A stretch of DNA of 64,000 nucleotides, from positions 23,440-87,439 of the forward strand of contig CAYWZU010000001.1 of NCBI GenBank assembly GCA_964462925.1, read 5' to 3'. Shown in pieces: positions 53,755 through 62,825 of the stretch (position 1 is its first letter; every line of letters begins with the position of its first letter). Below the pieces are notes generated by a model. The model searched no databases. It saw only the letters and a list, made by a program, of their open reading frames with translations, and was not told the origin of the DNA. This DNA comes from an uncultured bacterium. Lineage in GTDB: Bacteria; Chlamydiota; Chlamydiia; Chlamydiales; FEN-1388. The position numbers were made by a program, and so were the translations under genes.

Positions 53755-55097
53755 ACACTCAAGACCTACTTGCAATAGCACCTCTTCTGATACTTTTTGC
53801 TGCAGCACTCCTGATGCTCCTTATAGAGAGAAAAAAGACAGTATCTCTTGTTGCAATCGGATCCCTTCTTCTTGCAGTAATAGCCGCGCTTTTTGCACCA
53901 GCCTCTCTAAGTCCAATGCTCACGCCATGGCTTGCCTTTGACTCGCTCTCTCGCTTTTTTACACTGCTCTTTTTAGGTATTGGCCTCGCTACTGAGCTTG
54001 TAAGCGAGTACTATTTTGAAAAAAAGGCAGAGTTTTCCTTCTTCCTGCTCTCATCGATCTTTGGCCTTATCTTAATTGCTATGGCTCAGGACTTTTTAAC
54101 GCTTTTTATTGGACTTGAAACACTCTCCATTAGTCTCTACGTTCTCTGCAGCTACATAAAAACAAACGCTTTTTCTGCAGAAGCCTCCTTTAAATACTTT
54201 CTCCTCGGCTCTGTATCTACCGCCATCTTACTTTTTGGCATTGCGCTGATCTATGGAAGCACAAAAACGACAGCACTCGTAATGCCTCAAAATCCAGATG
54301 CCCTCTTTGGCGTTGGTATATCGCTCGTTACAGTATCGCTACTCTTTAAAGCAGCCATTTTTCCCTTCCACATCTGGACACCTGATGTCTATCAAGGTGC
54401 TGCATCACCCGTTACGCTCTTTATGGCAGCTGGAACAAAAGCAGCAAGCTTTGCAGCCTTTATTCGGATATTTTTACTTGGATTCTCTGCAATTAATCCA
54501 ATCTGGCATAGCCTTATGGCCTATATGGCAATACCAACACTTCTCTTTGCAAACTTTGTTGCGATAAAACAAAAGGAGCTTAGGCGCTTTTTTGCCTATT
54601 CAGGTATCTCACATGCCGGTTTTTTACTCCTTGGCCTTGCGGCAGGTGATACTTCTAGCATTCTTTTTTACCTTGTTGTTTATGCCCTTGCCACAGTCGG
54701 CTGCTTTTGCTGCCTTGCCTTTATTGACAGAAAGCCAGAAGGAGTTACAGTCCCTGACCTCAAAGGCCTCTTTAGCGCACATCCAGTTATTGGCGCTTCA
54801 TTTGCCTTTTGCCTACTTACACTTGCAGGCATACCTCCCACAATAGGTTTTTTTGCTAAATTCTATATCTTTAAAGCAGCATACACAGCAGGCTTTGTTA
54901 CCCCGGTAGTTATAGGGCTTTTGACAACCATACTTTCTGCCTACTACTACCTTATGTTTATTGCCGCCATCTTCACAAGTAAGGAGGAATCCGCTCCAGT
55001 GCAAAACGGGCCACTTTTTGCAACATGCTTTGCATGCGCAAGTCTTCTTGTACTTACCTTCTATCCAGAGCCGCTACTCAAATTTATTTCGTTCTGA
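53751..55097 (+). CDS. nuoN: NADH-quinone oxidoreductase subunit N
   Basis: Antiporter-like subunit with FKAAIFPFHIWTPDVYQGA and FFAYSGISHAGF. Its ATG overlaps the nuoM stop (ATGA). Confidence 0.88.
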   Translation: MNTQDLLAIAPLLILFAAALLMLLIERKKTVSLVAIGSLLLAVIAALFAPASLSPMLTPWLAFDSLSRFFTLLFLGIGLATELVSEYYFEKKAEFSFFLLSSIFGLILIAMAQDFLTLFIGLETLSISLYVLCSYIKTNAFSAEASFKYFLLGSVSTAILLFGIALIYGSTKTTALVMPQNPDALFGVGISLVTVSLLFKAAIFPFHIWTPDVYQGAASPVTLFMAAGTKAASFAAFIRIFLLGFSAINPIWHSLMAYMAIPTLLFANFVAIKQKELRRFFAYSGISHAGFLLLGLAAGDTSSILFYLVVYALATVGCFCCLAFIDRKPEGVTVPDLKGLFSAHPVIGASFAFCLLTLAGIPPTIGFFAKFYIFKAAYTAGFVTPVVIGLLTTILSAYYYLMFIAAIFTSKEESAPVQNGPLFATCFACASLLVLTFYPEPLLKFISF

Positions 55098-55115
55098 ATT
55101 TTATAGTTTGAATAA

Positions 55116-55622
55116 GCGTTGTTGCATAATTAACCACCGAGGCACTGAGCTCACTGAGAATGGTGAGAGAGCGAGAAAGAGTAGTTGATGATCCGCTCGC
55201 TATATGGCATCCCCAAGCTTGTCATAATGTTTAAAGCGTTGGATTTACTAAGTGCCTCTCTTGTTGCCCCTTCAGGCTAAATAGCCAAGTGCTTCTTAAC
55301 CTCCAAGTCGAGCGGCAAAAGAGCATTCCTATCAAGTACAGGGACATCTTGTTAGATGCCGCATACCGCTTGGACTTAGTAGTGGAAGGTCAAGTAATCG
55401 TTGAAATTAAAGCTGTTGCACAGCTTTTGCCTATTCATGCAGCTCAGCTTTTATCCTACTTGAAGCAAATTGGTGGGGGAAGAGGGTTGTTGATTAATTT
55501 TAATGAAAGACTATTGAAACACGGTCTTCGTCGCGTGATTATATAGGCACTCTCAGATTTCTCAAAAATCTCGAGTAGGCTCAGTGAGCTCAGTGACTCA
55601 GTGGTGATCTATGCAACAGAGC
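55116..55622 (+). mobile_element. Copy C: the longest copy of the TIR-bounded element, carrying a truncated GxxExxY-family gene
   Basis: The left end gcgttgttgcataattaaccaccgaggcactgagctcactgag and the reverse complement of the right end (gctctgttgcatagatcaccactgagtcactgagctcactgag) match at 36 of 43 positions by manual alignment. The element begins 19 nt after the nuoN stop. Confidence 0.5.
55289..55546 (+). pseudogene. N-terminally truncated GxxExxY-family (PD-(D/E)XK nuclease-like) gene remnant
   Basis: The translation VERQKSIPIKYRDILLDAAYRLDLVVEGQVIVEIKAVAQLLPIHAAQLLSYLKQIGGGRGLLINFN..LLKHGLRRV matches the C-terminal two-thirds of GxxExxY proteins. The N-terminal roughly 40 aa, including the GxxExxY motif itself, are missing: there is an in-frame stop at 55232-55234 and only a GTG start. 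Confidence 0.65.
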
Positions 55623-55668
55623 CGTTTGAATGAGCGGCGAAAGAAGAACAAGACATCGGACATCAAAG

Positions 55669-56679
55669 TTATAGTTTGCTACTCAATAAAAAAATAATTG
55701 CAGAAAGAACAGCCGAAGCAGGAATTGTCAAAATCCAGGCCCAAATAATATCTGCGGCAATTCCCCACTTGATCTTTGAGGGCGCTCTTGTGGCAGAACC
55801 TGTGCCAATAATTGCACCTGTAATCGTATGGGTGGTTGAAACTGGTATTCCGTAATGGGTTGCTAAAAATAAGGTGCAGGCGCCAGCAGATTCTGCACAG
55901 AATCCACCTATAGGCTGCAATTTTGTAATTTTCATTCCCATTGTCTTTACAATGCGCCAGCCGCCAAGCGCGGTTCCCAGGCTCATAGCAGCATGACAGG
56001 ATAATATAATCCAGGATGTCTTAGGGTTTACAAGAGAAAGCTCTACATTGTGATCAAGAAGACCTCCGGCAATAAGCAAGGCCATAATCACACCCATGGT
56101 TTTTTGGGCATCATTTGCGCCGTGACCTATGGAATATAAGGCAGCTGAAAGAAGCTGTCCCTTACTAAAAGTTTTCTGAACTTTTCTGGGAGACCAGAAG
56201 CGAATAAGCCAGTAAAGTCCGATAATAAAAATAAAGCCTAAAACAAAGCCCATGAGAGGTGCAATCACAATAAATTCAACTACTAGAAGAAGCACATCCA
56301 GCCTAATCGCTTCTAATCCCGCATAGGCAAAGGCAGCACCTGCTAGACCGCCAATTAAGGCATGTGAAGAACTTGTCGGAAGCCCTATCCACCAGGTCAA
56401 AAGGTCCCACAAGATGGCGCCAAGTAAGCCGCACGTTACAAGAGTAATGTAGGTAGGATCATTTGCCTCTATTGTAACTATTTTTGCAATGGTATCTGCA
56501 ACGCGCGGCACAAAGATAAAGAGCGCAATAAAGTTAAAAAATGCAGCCCAGATCACCGCAAGAGCTGGGGATAAAACGCGAGTCGAAACGACAGTAGCGA
56601 TGGAGTTTGCTGCATCATGAAAGCCATTTATCACATCAAAAAGAAGCGCGATGATGACTGCAATAATGAGAAGCGTCAT
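55669..56679 (-). CDS. pit: inorganic phosphate transporter, PiT family
   Basis: The FDVINGFHDAANSIATVVSTRVL and IGHGANDAQKTMGVI repeated signature, in a multi-TM protein. Confidence 0.9.
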   Translation of the reverse strand: MTLLIIAVIIALLFDVINGFHDAANSIATVVSTRVLSPALAVIWAAFFNFIALFIFVPRVADTIAKIVTIEANDPTYITLVTCGLLGAILWDLLTWWIGLPTSSSHALIGGLAGAAFAYAGLEAIRLDVLLLVVEFIVIAPLMGFVLGFIFIIGLYWLIRFWSPRKVQKTFSKGQLLSAALYSIGHGANDAQKTMGVIMALLIAGGLLDHNVELSLVNPKTSWIILSCHAAMSLGTALGGWRIVKTMGMKITKLQPIGGFCAESAGACTLFLATHYGIPVSTTHTITGAIIGTGSATRAPSKIKWGIAADIIWAWILTIPASAVLSAIIFLLSSKL

Positions 56680-56685
56680 TCTACC

Positions 56686-57306
56686 TCAGCTATTTTCAAT
56701 GATAATGCCCTCAATCCTATTTGCAACTTTTTGACACCTGTCAGTAGCCTCTTCGATTGCTTCATACAGTTCTTTCCACTTAAAAAGCGTACAGACCTCA
56801 TTTTCCTGCACAAAAAGAGCCATTAGCGAATCTCGTAAAACTGCATCTGCCTTTTGCTCAAGGCTATGGATGCCACGAAGCTTTTGCATAATGGCTTCAC
56901 TTGTTTTAAGTGTCCGCAGTTCGGTAACAATCGATTCAACATCAACAGTCATTGATGCAAGAATAGAGGCTAATTTTTTTGCAGGTTCAGTAATTGAGTC
57001 GAACTTGTAAATTACGAGACGGCAGGCAATATCCTCTATAGCATCAATGATATCATCCATAGAGGTAATAAGCTGATAAATATCGCTCCTCTCAAAGGGC
57101 GTAATGAATGTTTTGTGGAGCTCTTCAATGCAGTGCCTTGCTACAGCATCGGCTTCACTTTCTAGCTCTTTGATATGAGTATTTAATTCAAACTTTCCTG
57201 CTGAAATCATCGCAAGAAGGGCATCACTTGCTTTGACAATAAGAGCTGCATGCTTTTCAAAATCATCATAAAAAACAACTGTGCGCGGCAAAAATTTGCC
57301 AAACAT
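56686..57306 (-). CDS. DUF47/TIGR00153-family (PhoU-like) phosphate-transport regulator
   Basis: 206 aa, helical, with FDDFEKHA...EADAV...EL..TFITPFERSDI..L...DDI.D. It lies immediately upstream of pit, the canonical pairing. Confidence 0.8.
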   Translation of the reverse strand: MFGKFLPRTVVFYDDFEKHAALIVKASDALLAMISAGKFELNTHIKELESEADAVARHCIEELHKTFITPFERSDIYQLITSMDDIIDAIEDIACRLVIYKFDSITEPAKKLASILASMTVDVESIVTELRTLKTSEAIMQKLRGIHSLEQKADAVLRDSLMALFVQENEVCTLFKWKELYEAIEEATDRCQKVANRIEGIIIENS

Positions 57307-57443
57307 ATACCACCTCTAAGTTAAACGTGAATGTTGTCGATATGATATTTTTTCACAACTGTTTTCAATGTCTTTGTCCTTTTAGCTGTTTAAAAATTGC
57401 TCGCGCGTATACATTCAAACTTCATAATTTAACGAGGTTTAAA

Positions 57444-58928
57444 ATGAATAAACTTATTACTATTTTTATAGCATTTATTTTGACAGTACAGCTTAGCGCT
57501 GTAACTATTACACTTGATATGCAGTATCAAGAAGCTGCAACTGGAAATATATGTAAACAAAAGATGCCGCTTGAAATAGTAGCTCCCTCAGTTTCAGATG
57601 CTGGAATGCATAAAACGCTTTTTGCAATCAAGCTATGCGCACTTATTAAATCAAGCCTTGTAGACTATCATGAAACACTTTCTCGCTACGGCACATCTTG
57701 CTACTGCATGCCAAACCCTCAATTTGTGAAAAATGAACATGCTCGAAGACTCTCTGCGAGCATAGAAAACCTCAATCTTTTTAGCTTTGGCTCGGATCCA
57801 GATGTACAAGAAGCCCTTCAACTTGCCAAAATGCTCTCTGAAAATATGCGTACAGGAGAATTTGGACCTGTATTCACTGATTACAATCATGCAACAGGCA
57901 TCAGGCCGATGATGAAGATGGAGAGTATGCCTATGGCAGCAGCGCTTCATGTCACAACTGGAGGCGTGCAAGATTATTCTCACTGCAAAAAACAGATTCA
58001 AGATGGCTTTGTGCCAGTGCCTGAGGCATTTATTGAAGAGGGTTTTTTACGCAGCTTTACCCTTGGATTAGAGGTAAAGAATAGTGACAACCTTCTCTCA
58101 GTAAATCCACAATTTGCCTGGGATAAAGAAACAAACAAGCTCTATATTCAGGTTGATATGAGCTCAGCCGTAGATGCAGAGACATTTAAAAGGCCGCCTC
58201 TTAACATTGCATTTGTTATAGATATCTCTGGCTCTATGGCAGCTACTGATAATACCGAGCGTACCCGGCTTGAGTGGGCAAAAGAAGCTAGCTGCCAAGC
58301 AGTTTCTCACCTCAATGAACATGATATTGTCTCTCTAGTAGTATTTGACAGCAAAAGCACGGTTATACTAAAGCCTACTGAAGTCTTAGATAAATCAGCG
58401 ATTATCAGAAAAATTCAGGCGATCCAAATAGGGGGCTCAACAAACCTTGATGCTGGCCTTCGAGATGGCTATCTCTTAGCCTCACTTGGTGCCAAATCAG
58501 AGTATCAAAATAGAGTCATGCTCTTTTCTGATGCTGGGCTCAATACCGGAGTCACAGATCATTCTTCAATAGTTCGTCTTGTAAGCGACTATGCAGCAGA
58601 AAATATTGGCCTCACAGCTATTGGCATGGGCGAAAATTTTCATCATGACTTTATTCATAAAATCAGCATGAGCAAAGGGGGCAACGCTCTTTTTGTCCAT
58701 TCAGGAAGCGACATGATGAAGTTCTTTAGAAATTTTGACTACCTTGTGACTCCTATTGCCTACAATCTCAAGCTCACGTCAGAAGTTGTTGAGGGAAATG
58801 CAAAGTTTGTAAAAGCCTACGGCGTACCCAAAATGAAGGATGAGCCTGTACAAGAACTTATCAATATCCGCACACTTTTCTTTACCCAAGAAGGCGGCGG
58901 TGCAATTGTTTTGGAATATGATTTATAG
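57444..58928 (+). CDS. secreted von Willebrand factor type A (vWA) domain protein
   Basis: The ATG at 57444 is preceded by a GAGG RBS and gives the signal peptide MNKLITIFIAFILTVQLSA. MIDAS motif NIAFVIDISGSMA, followed by GGSTNL and LFSDAG. The track ORF from 57327 lacks an RBS. Confidence 0.75.
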   Translation: MNKLITIFIAFILTVQLSAVTITLDMQYQEAATGNICKQKMPLEIVAPSVSDAGMHKTLFAIKLCALIKSSLVDYHETLSRYGTSCYCMPNPQFVKNEHARRLSASIENLNLFSFGSDPDVQEALQLAKMLSENMRTGEFGPVFTDYNHATGIRPMMKMESMPMAAALHVTTGGVQDYSHCKKQIQDGFVPVPEAFIEEGFLRSFTLGLEVKNSDNLLSVNPQFAWDKETNKLYIQVDMSSAVDAETFKRPPLNIAFVIDISGSMAATDNTERTRLEWAKEASCQAVSHLNEHDIVSLVVFDSKSTVILKPTEVLDKSAIIRKIQAIQIGGSTNLDAGLRDGYLLASLGAKSEYQNRVMLFSDAGLNTGVTDHSSIVRLVSDYAAENIGLTAIGMGENFHHDFIHKISMSKGGNALFVHSGSDMMKFFRNFDYLVTPIAYNLKLTSEVVEGNAKFVKAYGVPKMKDEPVQELINIRTLFFTQEGGGAIVLEYDL

Positions 58929-58988
58929 ACCTTATTAATATTGACACAGATTATTTAAAAGTATAGGAATAAGAATGAACCATATGAA

Positions 58989-59588
58989 ATGAAAGACACT
59001 ATGCAATTAAAAATCGGCGTTATGGGATCTGCCACAGGAAAAATTACTGCTAAGCATAAAAAGCTCTGCTATGAACTTGGCTCAGCTATTGCCAAAAAAG
59101 GCTGCATTACGATCACTGGAGCCTGCCCGGGAATGCCGCTTGAGGCTGCAAAAGGGGCAACAAGTTCTGGAGGACTTGTTATTGGCATATCCCCAGCACT
59201 TAGCGAGCGGGAACATAAACTTAGGTATCAATCCCCTGTCTCCTACCACCAGGTACTGATTTTCACAGGTAGCGGCCTTATGGGAAGAGAAGTTGTCAAT
59301 ATCCGAAGTTCCGATATTGTCATTATTGTGGGCGGAAGATCTGGAACACTTGGAGAATTTTCCATCGCCTACGATGAAGGCAAACTCATTGGAGTTTTAG
59401 AAGGCACCGGCGGCATAACATCTGGCTTAAAATCAATTGTAAAAATGATACGAAAGAAAACCGGGGCAAAGATCATCTACAACAAAGACCCAGATGCACT
59501 CCTAGATGCTCTAATTACCTATTACAACAGCAAGCAGTACAAAAAACCAAGCATTCACGACGATTACGAACAGGAAAAAACCCTCTAA
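58989..59588 (+). CDS. TIGR00725-family (SLOG/LOG-like Rossmann) protein
   Basis: IGVMGSA...LG..IA..G..ITGACPGMPLEAAKGA...GG.VIGISP and IVGGRSGTLGEF are typical of the TIGR00725 / lysine-decarboxylase-like (LOG/SLOG) fold. Confidence 0.65.
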   Translation: MKDTMQLKIGVMGSATGKITAKHKKLCYELGSAIAKKGCITITGACPGMPLEAAKGATSSGGLVIGISPALSEREHKLRYQSPVSYHQVLIFTGSGLMGREVVNIRSSDIVIIVGGRSGTLGEFSIAYDEGKLIGVLEGTGGITSGLKSIVKMIRKKTGAKIIYNKDPDALLDALITYYNSKQYKKPSIHDDYEQEKTL

Positions 59589-62270
59589 CTACTCGATAGC
59601 TGCAGTGCGCGGCGACGCAGGCGGTGAGATTGCTTTATCATACAGCTTATAGAAAAATGCCTTAATGAAGGCAATTTTCATGCTAAGCTCAATTTTTTTG
59701 GCAGGAGTCGGATTTTTTGCTAGCTGCTCTTCAATCTCAAGTACCTGTTTTACGTAACCTCTTTTAGTTTTAATGAGAGCATCTTTTGAAGCTGCAAGAT
59801 TCACTTCTTCGCTAAGAGCTCTCTCAATAAAGGTGAGCCATTCGGCAGGAAGCGGTATAGTTTGGAGGTTGACATATTTTTCTCTTTTTTCTTCTGGCAA
59901 AAGCTCAATAAGTGAGCGGCTTTCGGTAATAAGTGCAGATCTTTCCCTATGGAGATTTTCGATAAGTTCTGCACACGCCTCAACCGAAGAGCCTTGTCTA
60001 AGTAGTGCCTGAAAGCGGCTTTCATGTCGCACGATTTTTTCGTTATATACCTTTATGCGAGCGGCAAGTTTATTGAGCTCAGCTTCACAGCGGCTCTTAT
60101 AATCACTTGGGCCGGCTAAAAAGCGCTCTCTTAGAAAAGTAAGATCTACTTGCTCGTCTGCATCAAGGGCGCGAAGAATTTTTGCATACTGCGCTATATA
60201 CTCTTTTTCGCTATCTTGGCCCATAATGTGGGTTATGAGTTCTTTAAGCTCTAAAAAACTCATATTTTCAACTTCTTCTTTCGTAGGCTGAAACACATAG
60301 GCGCGTTGATGCTTTCGCAGCTGGGCAAAAGAGCTTGCAAGCCGCCGGATTGCACTCTTTTTGGGGCGTGCACATTCCAAAATTTGCTTTTCAAGATCTT
60401 TAGTAACAAGATCTTTTCGATAGGTTTTTACAAGCGAAAAGACATGCAGGATTTTTTCACGAGAAGATTCCAGAAGCTTTGATGGTGTAAGGGAAATACG
60501 CCTTTCCCTCGGCATCTGGTTGTAGCGTTCAACAGCCGCATGAAACTCTTTCTTTTTAGCTGCATGGCGCATCTTCTTGTATGTCTGAAATGGGGTCTCT
60601 GAGTAGCCTTCATCATGTGCCACCTGAAATAAGATATCTTCTTGAGCATCTTCTTCGAGGTTCATGAAGTCTTCTACAGTAATGGTGTCTAAATGAGGGT
60701 GTGCAGCGATCTCAACGCGGGCCTTTGTAGAATAGGCTGCAAGCTCACGTAGCGCTGGAGGAATCGTCATTCGCAGCGCTTCAGGGAGCAGCATAAAAGT
60801 TCCCGTAAAGATCCGGAGAGCAAGCGCTGACGCTTGTGCAGCTGATGCAACCCAGAGAATGTGTCTCTTTTGCCAGGTTTCAGACTCTTGCATCAGGGCA
60901 AGAGACTTATCCTGGAGAATCTCTATAGCTGCATCTACAGACATATCTGCAGAAATTGCAGTTTGTGGAATATTTACAAGCGGCCTTGATTCCAAAAACC
61001 TATGTGCAGCATTAGACATATAGTAGAGCGACTGAAGCGCTCGTATGCTATTTTTAATACTTCTAGGCAGCTCAGTTGGAATGGGCACTAAGAGGAGAAG
61101 GTCTACTCCGGTAGCAACTGCCTTAAGCGCTGTTTCAAGACTCTGGCAAGAAGGCCTGGGTGCAGGCGGCAAAGCAGTCATTTGGCCTAGCTTGCGTGCT
61201 TCAACAACGACAGGACGATTATCATCAAACATTTTCAGCTTGTGCTTATCGGGTAGGCGATTAAATTTTTTAAGAATAAACTCTGCAAAGCCTCTATCTG
61301 CATAGCCAGCAATATCTTGCTGAAAGAGCCTTCCCCGCTCACGTGTCGAAAGCGGCGCATGATCATGTACTATGTTGACAAGCTGAAGCCTTTCTTCTTG
61401 CGTACAAGTAAGAAAGATCGAGGGTGTGAGTGCGTTTTTCTCTTTCTCTCTTAGAGACTCATAGAGTCCTACGAGCTGCTGCAAGGCAGCAGTGTCAGTA
61501 CGTTTTTTATTATTCAAGGCATCTAGAGCCTCGCCGAGCCGCGTCTTTAAGCGGTCAGTAAGCTGATACTGAGTGCTATTACATACGAGAAATAGTATGT
61601 CACAACGTGCCTCTACTGATTCTTTTTTAAACCAGGAAATATCTTTAGCTGGAGAAGGCAAGGGCGCTTTTTCTTTATATTGCACAGGAGATTGCGCTGC
61701 TTGAGCGCTACTTTGCATGCGGTCTTCAAAATTTTCTATTTGCTCCTTTAGCCACTCTGGATGTGCCCAAAGGCTATAGCAGGCAGAAAGCATTGGTTTA
61801 GTAATATATCCTCTAACAGGACATATGCCATAGTCGTGAAGAATCGAAAAACATACAGGAACAATATTTCGCACCTTATCTATCAAAAGAGCAAGAGATG
61901 ATCTCTCTTTTTGCTCATATGCCTCTATCTGACGAGCGGCATCAATTGCAGCATCTGTCTCGGCATCAATAGCTCTTCCCCACGGAATCATTGCCTGCAC
62001 AATGCGGTCGTGGCGATTTAGTGGAGGATTATTGCCGAGTGATCGTTCAACAAGCTGACGTGTAGCTGGAGTAAAGCCTTGCATAGATCGTGTAGCAAGC
62101 CCTGCCTGAATCACCTTTGCAGCACCTGAAAACAGACTGTCAATAGCCCAAGCTGCGCCGTATGCGATAGCGCCTACACCCCTCATGATTCTGGGACTTG
62201 CAATTGTTGCTCCAAAACCTGTAATGTATGATAGCGGACCTGATAGCTTTTCTGTTCTACTTAATGTCAT
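59589..62270 (-). CDS. hypothetical protein, 893 aa, helical/coiled-coil with a Gly/Ala-rich hydrophobic N-terminus
   Basis: Long ATG-initiated ORF. The N-terminal segment LSYITGFGATIASPRIMRGVGAIAYGAAWAIDSLFSGAA is hydrophobic. No catalytic motif recognised. Confidence 0.6.
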   Translation of the reverse strand: MTLSRTEKLSGPLSYITGFGATIASPRIMRGVGAIAYGAAWAIDSLFSGAAKVIQAGLATRSMQGFTPATRQLVERSLGNNPPLNRHDRIVQAMIPWGRAIDAETDAAIDAARQIEAYEQKERSSLALLIDKVRNIVPVCFSILHDYGICPVRGYITKPMLSACYSLWAHPEWLKEQIENFEDRMQSSAQAAQSPVQYKEKAPLPSPAKDISWFKKESVEARCDILFLVCNSTQYQLTDRLKTRLGEALDALNNKKRTDTAALQQLVGLYESLREKEKNALTPSIFLTCTQEERLQLVNIVHDHAPLSTRERGRLFQQDIAGYADRGFAEFILKKFNRLPDKHKLKMFDDNRPVVVEARKLGQMTALPPAPRPSCQSLETALKAVATGVDLLLLVPIPTELPRSIKNSIRALQSLYYMSNAAHRFLESRPLVNIPQTAISADMSVDAAIEILQDKSLALMQESETWQKRHILWVASAAQASALALRIFTGTFMLLPEALRMTIPPALRELAAYSTKARVEIAAHPHLDTITVEDFMNLEEDAQEDILFQVAHDEGYSETPFQTYKKMRHAAKKKEFHAAVERYNQMPRERRISLTPSKLLESSREKILHVFSLVKTYRKDLVTKDLEKQILECARPKKSAIRRLASSFAQLRKHQRAYVFQPTKEEVENMSFLELKELITHIMGQDSEKEYIAQYAKILRALDADEQVDLTFLRERFLAGPSDYKSRCEAELNKLAARIKVYNEKIVRHESRFQALLRQGSSVEACAELIENLHRERSALITESRSLIELLPEEKREKYVNLQTIPLPAEWLTFIERALSEEVNLAASKDALIKTKRGYVKQVLEIEEQLAKNPTPAKKIELSMKIAFIKAFFYKLYDKAISPPASPRTAAIE

Positions 62271-62430
62271 TCAAAATATTATAATTTTCAAAATAATAAA
62301 ATACAATAAATATTACTATTTAAAAACTTGGGAGTTGACATCTAGAAAATAGAGCAAAAACTTCCCAAACAGCTTTTCTTTTTTTACACAATCTTGATAG
62401 AGTTTTGCTACTCGTAAAATTGAGGCCTCT

Positions 62431-62775
62431 ATGTCAATTTGTAATGAATGTGGAATCGGATCCGGCAGTGCATACTACGGCATAAGACATTCTGGGTCCC
62501 ATTTTCATGGGCGCCATTATGTCCAGGTAAACGGTCTTGACTTTTGCGGACCTAACATTGAGTATAATCCAATCCTCAGCCCGATTGGAGGTATTTACCG
62601 TATCGCCTACGGCACATTCCAACTCACCTTCGGCAGCATGATTGTCTGCATAGCTCCAGTTACAGGCATAAATTTACTTGGAGGGGGCATGCACAACATA
62701 GTTCGCGGCTCGGTAGCCTGCATGCCTATTTTCGGGGGGCCCCTACTCTTTCTCTTTGACCAGACTGTCCGATGA
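62431..62775 (+). CDS. hypothetical small Gly-rich hydrophobic protein, 114 aa
   Basis: ATG with a GAGG RBS 6 nt upstream. C-terminal hydrophobic segments. No homolog recognised. Confidence 0.35.
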   Translation: MSICNECGIGSGSAYYGIRHSGSHFHGRHYVQVNGLDFCGPNIEYNPILSPIGGIYRIAYGTFQLTFGSMIVCIAPVTGINLLGGGMHNIVRGSVACMPIFGGPLLFLFDQTVR

Positions 62776-62825
62776 GCTGCTAAGCCGGATTTGCTTTAAC
62801 GAGCCATCCGGTATACAAAAAACAG

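Noticed and set aside
55289-55546. Treating the 85-aa GxxExxY-like ORF as an intact gene
   Set aside because: It lacks the N-terminal third of the family, including the GxxExxY motif. It begins at a GTG just after an in-frame stop (55232-55234) and has no RBS. It is better called a remnant.
62394-62420. Promoter-like TTGATA-15 nt-TAAAAT upstream of the 62431 ORF
   Set aside because: The spacer is only 15 nt, and the putative -10 element lies upstream of the RBS by only 1-2 nt. A transcript starting after it would lack the GAGG RBS, so the two signals are mutually inconsistent.
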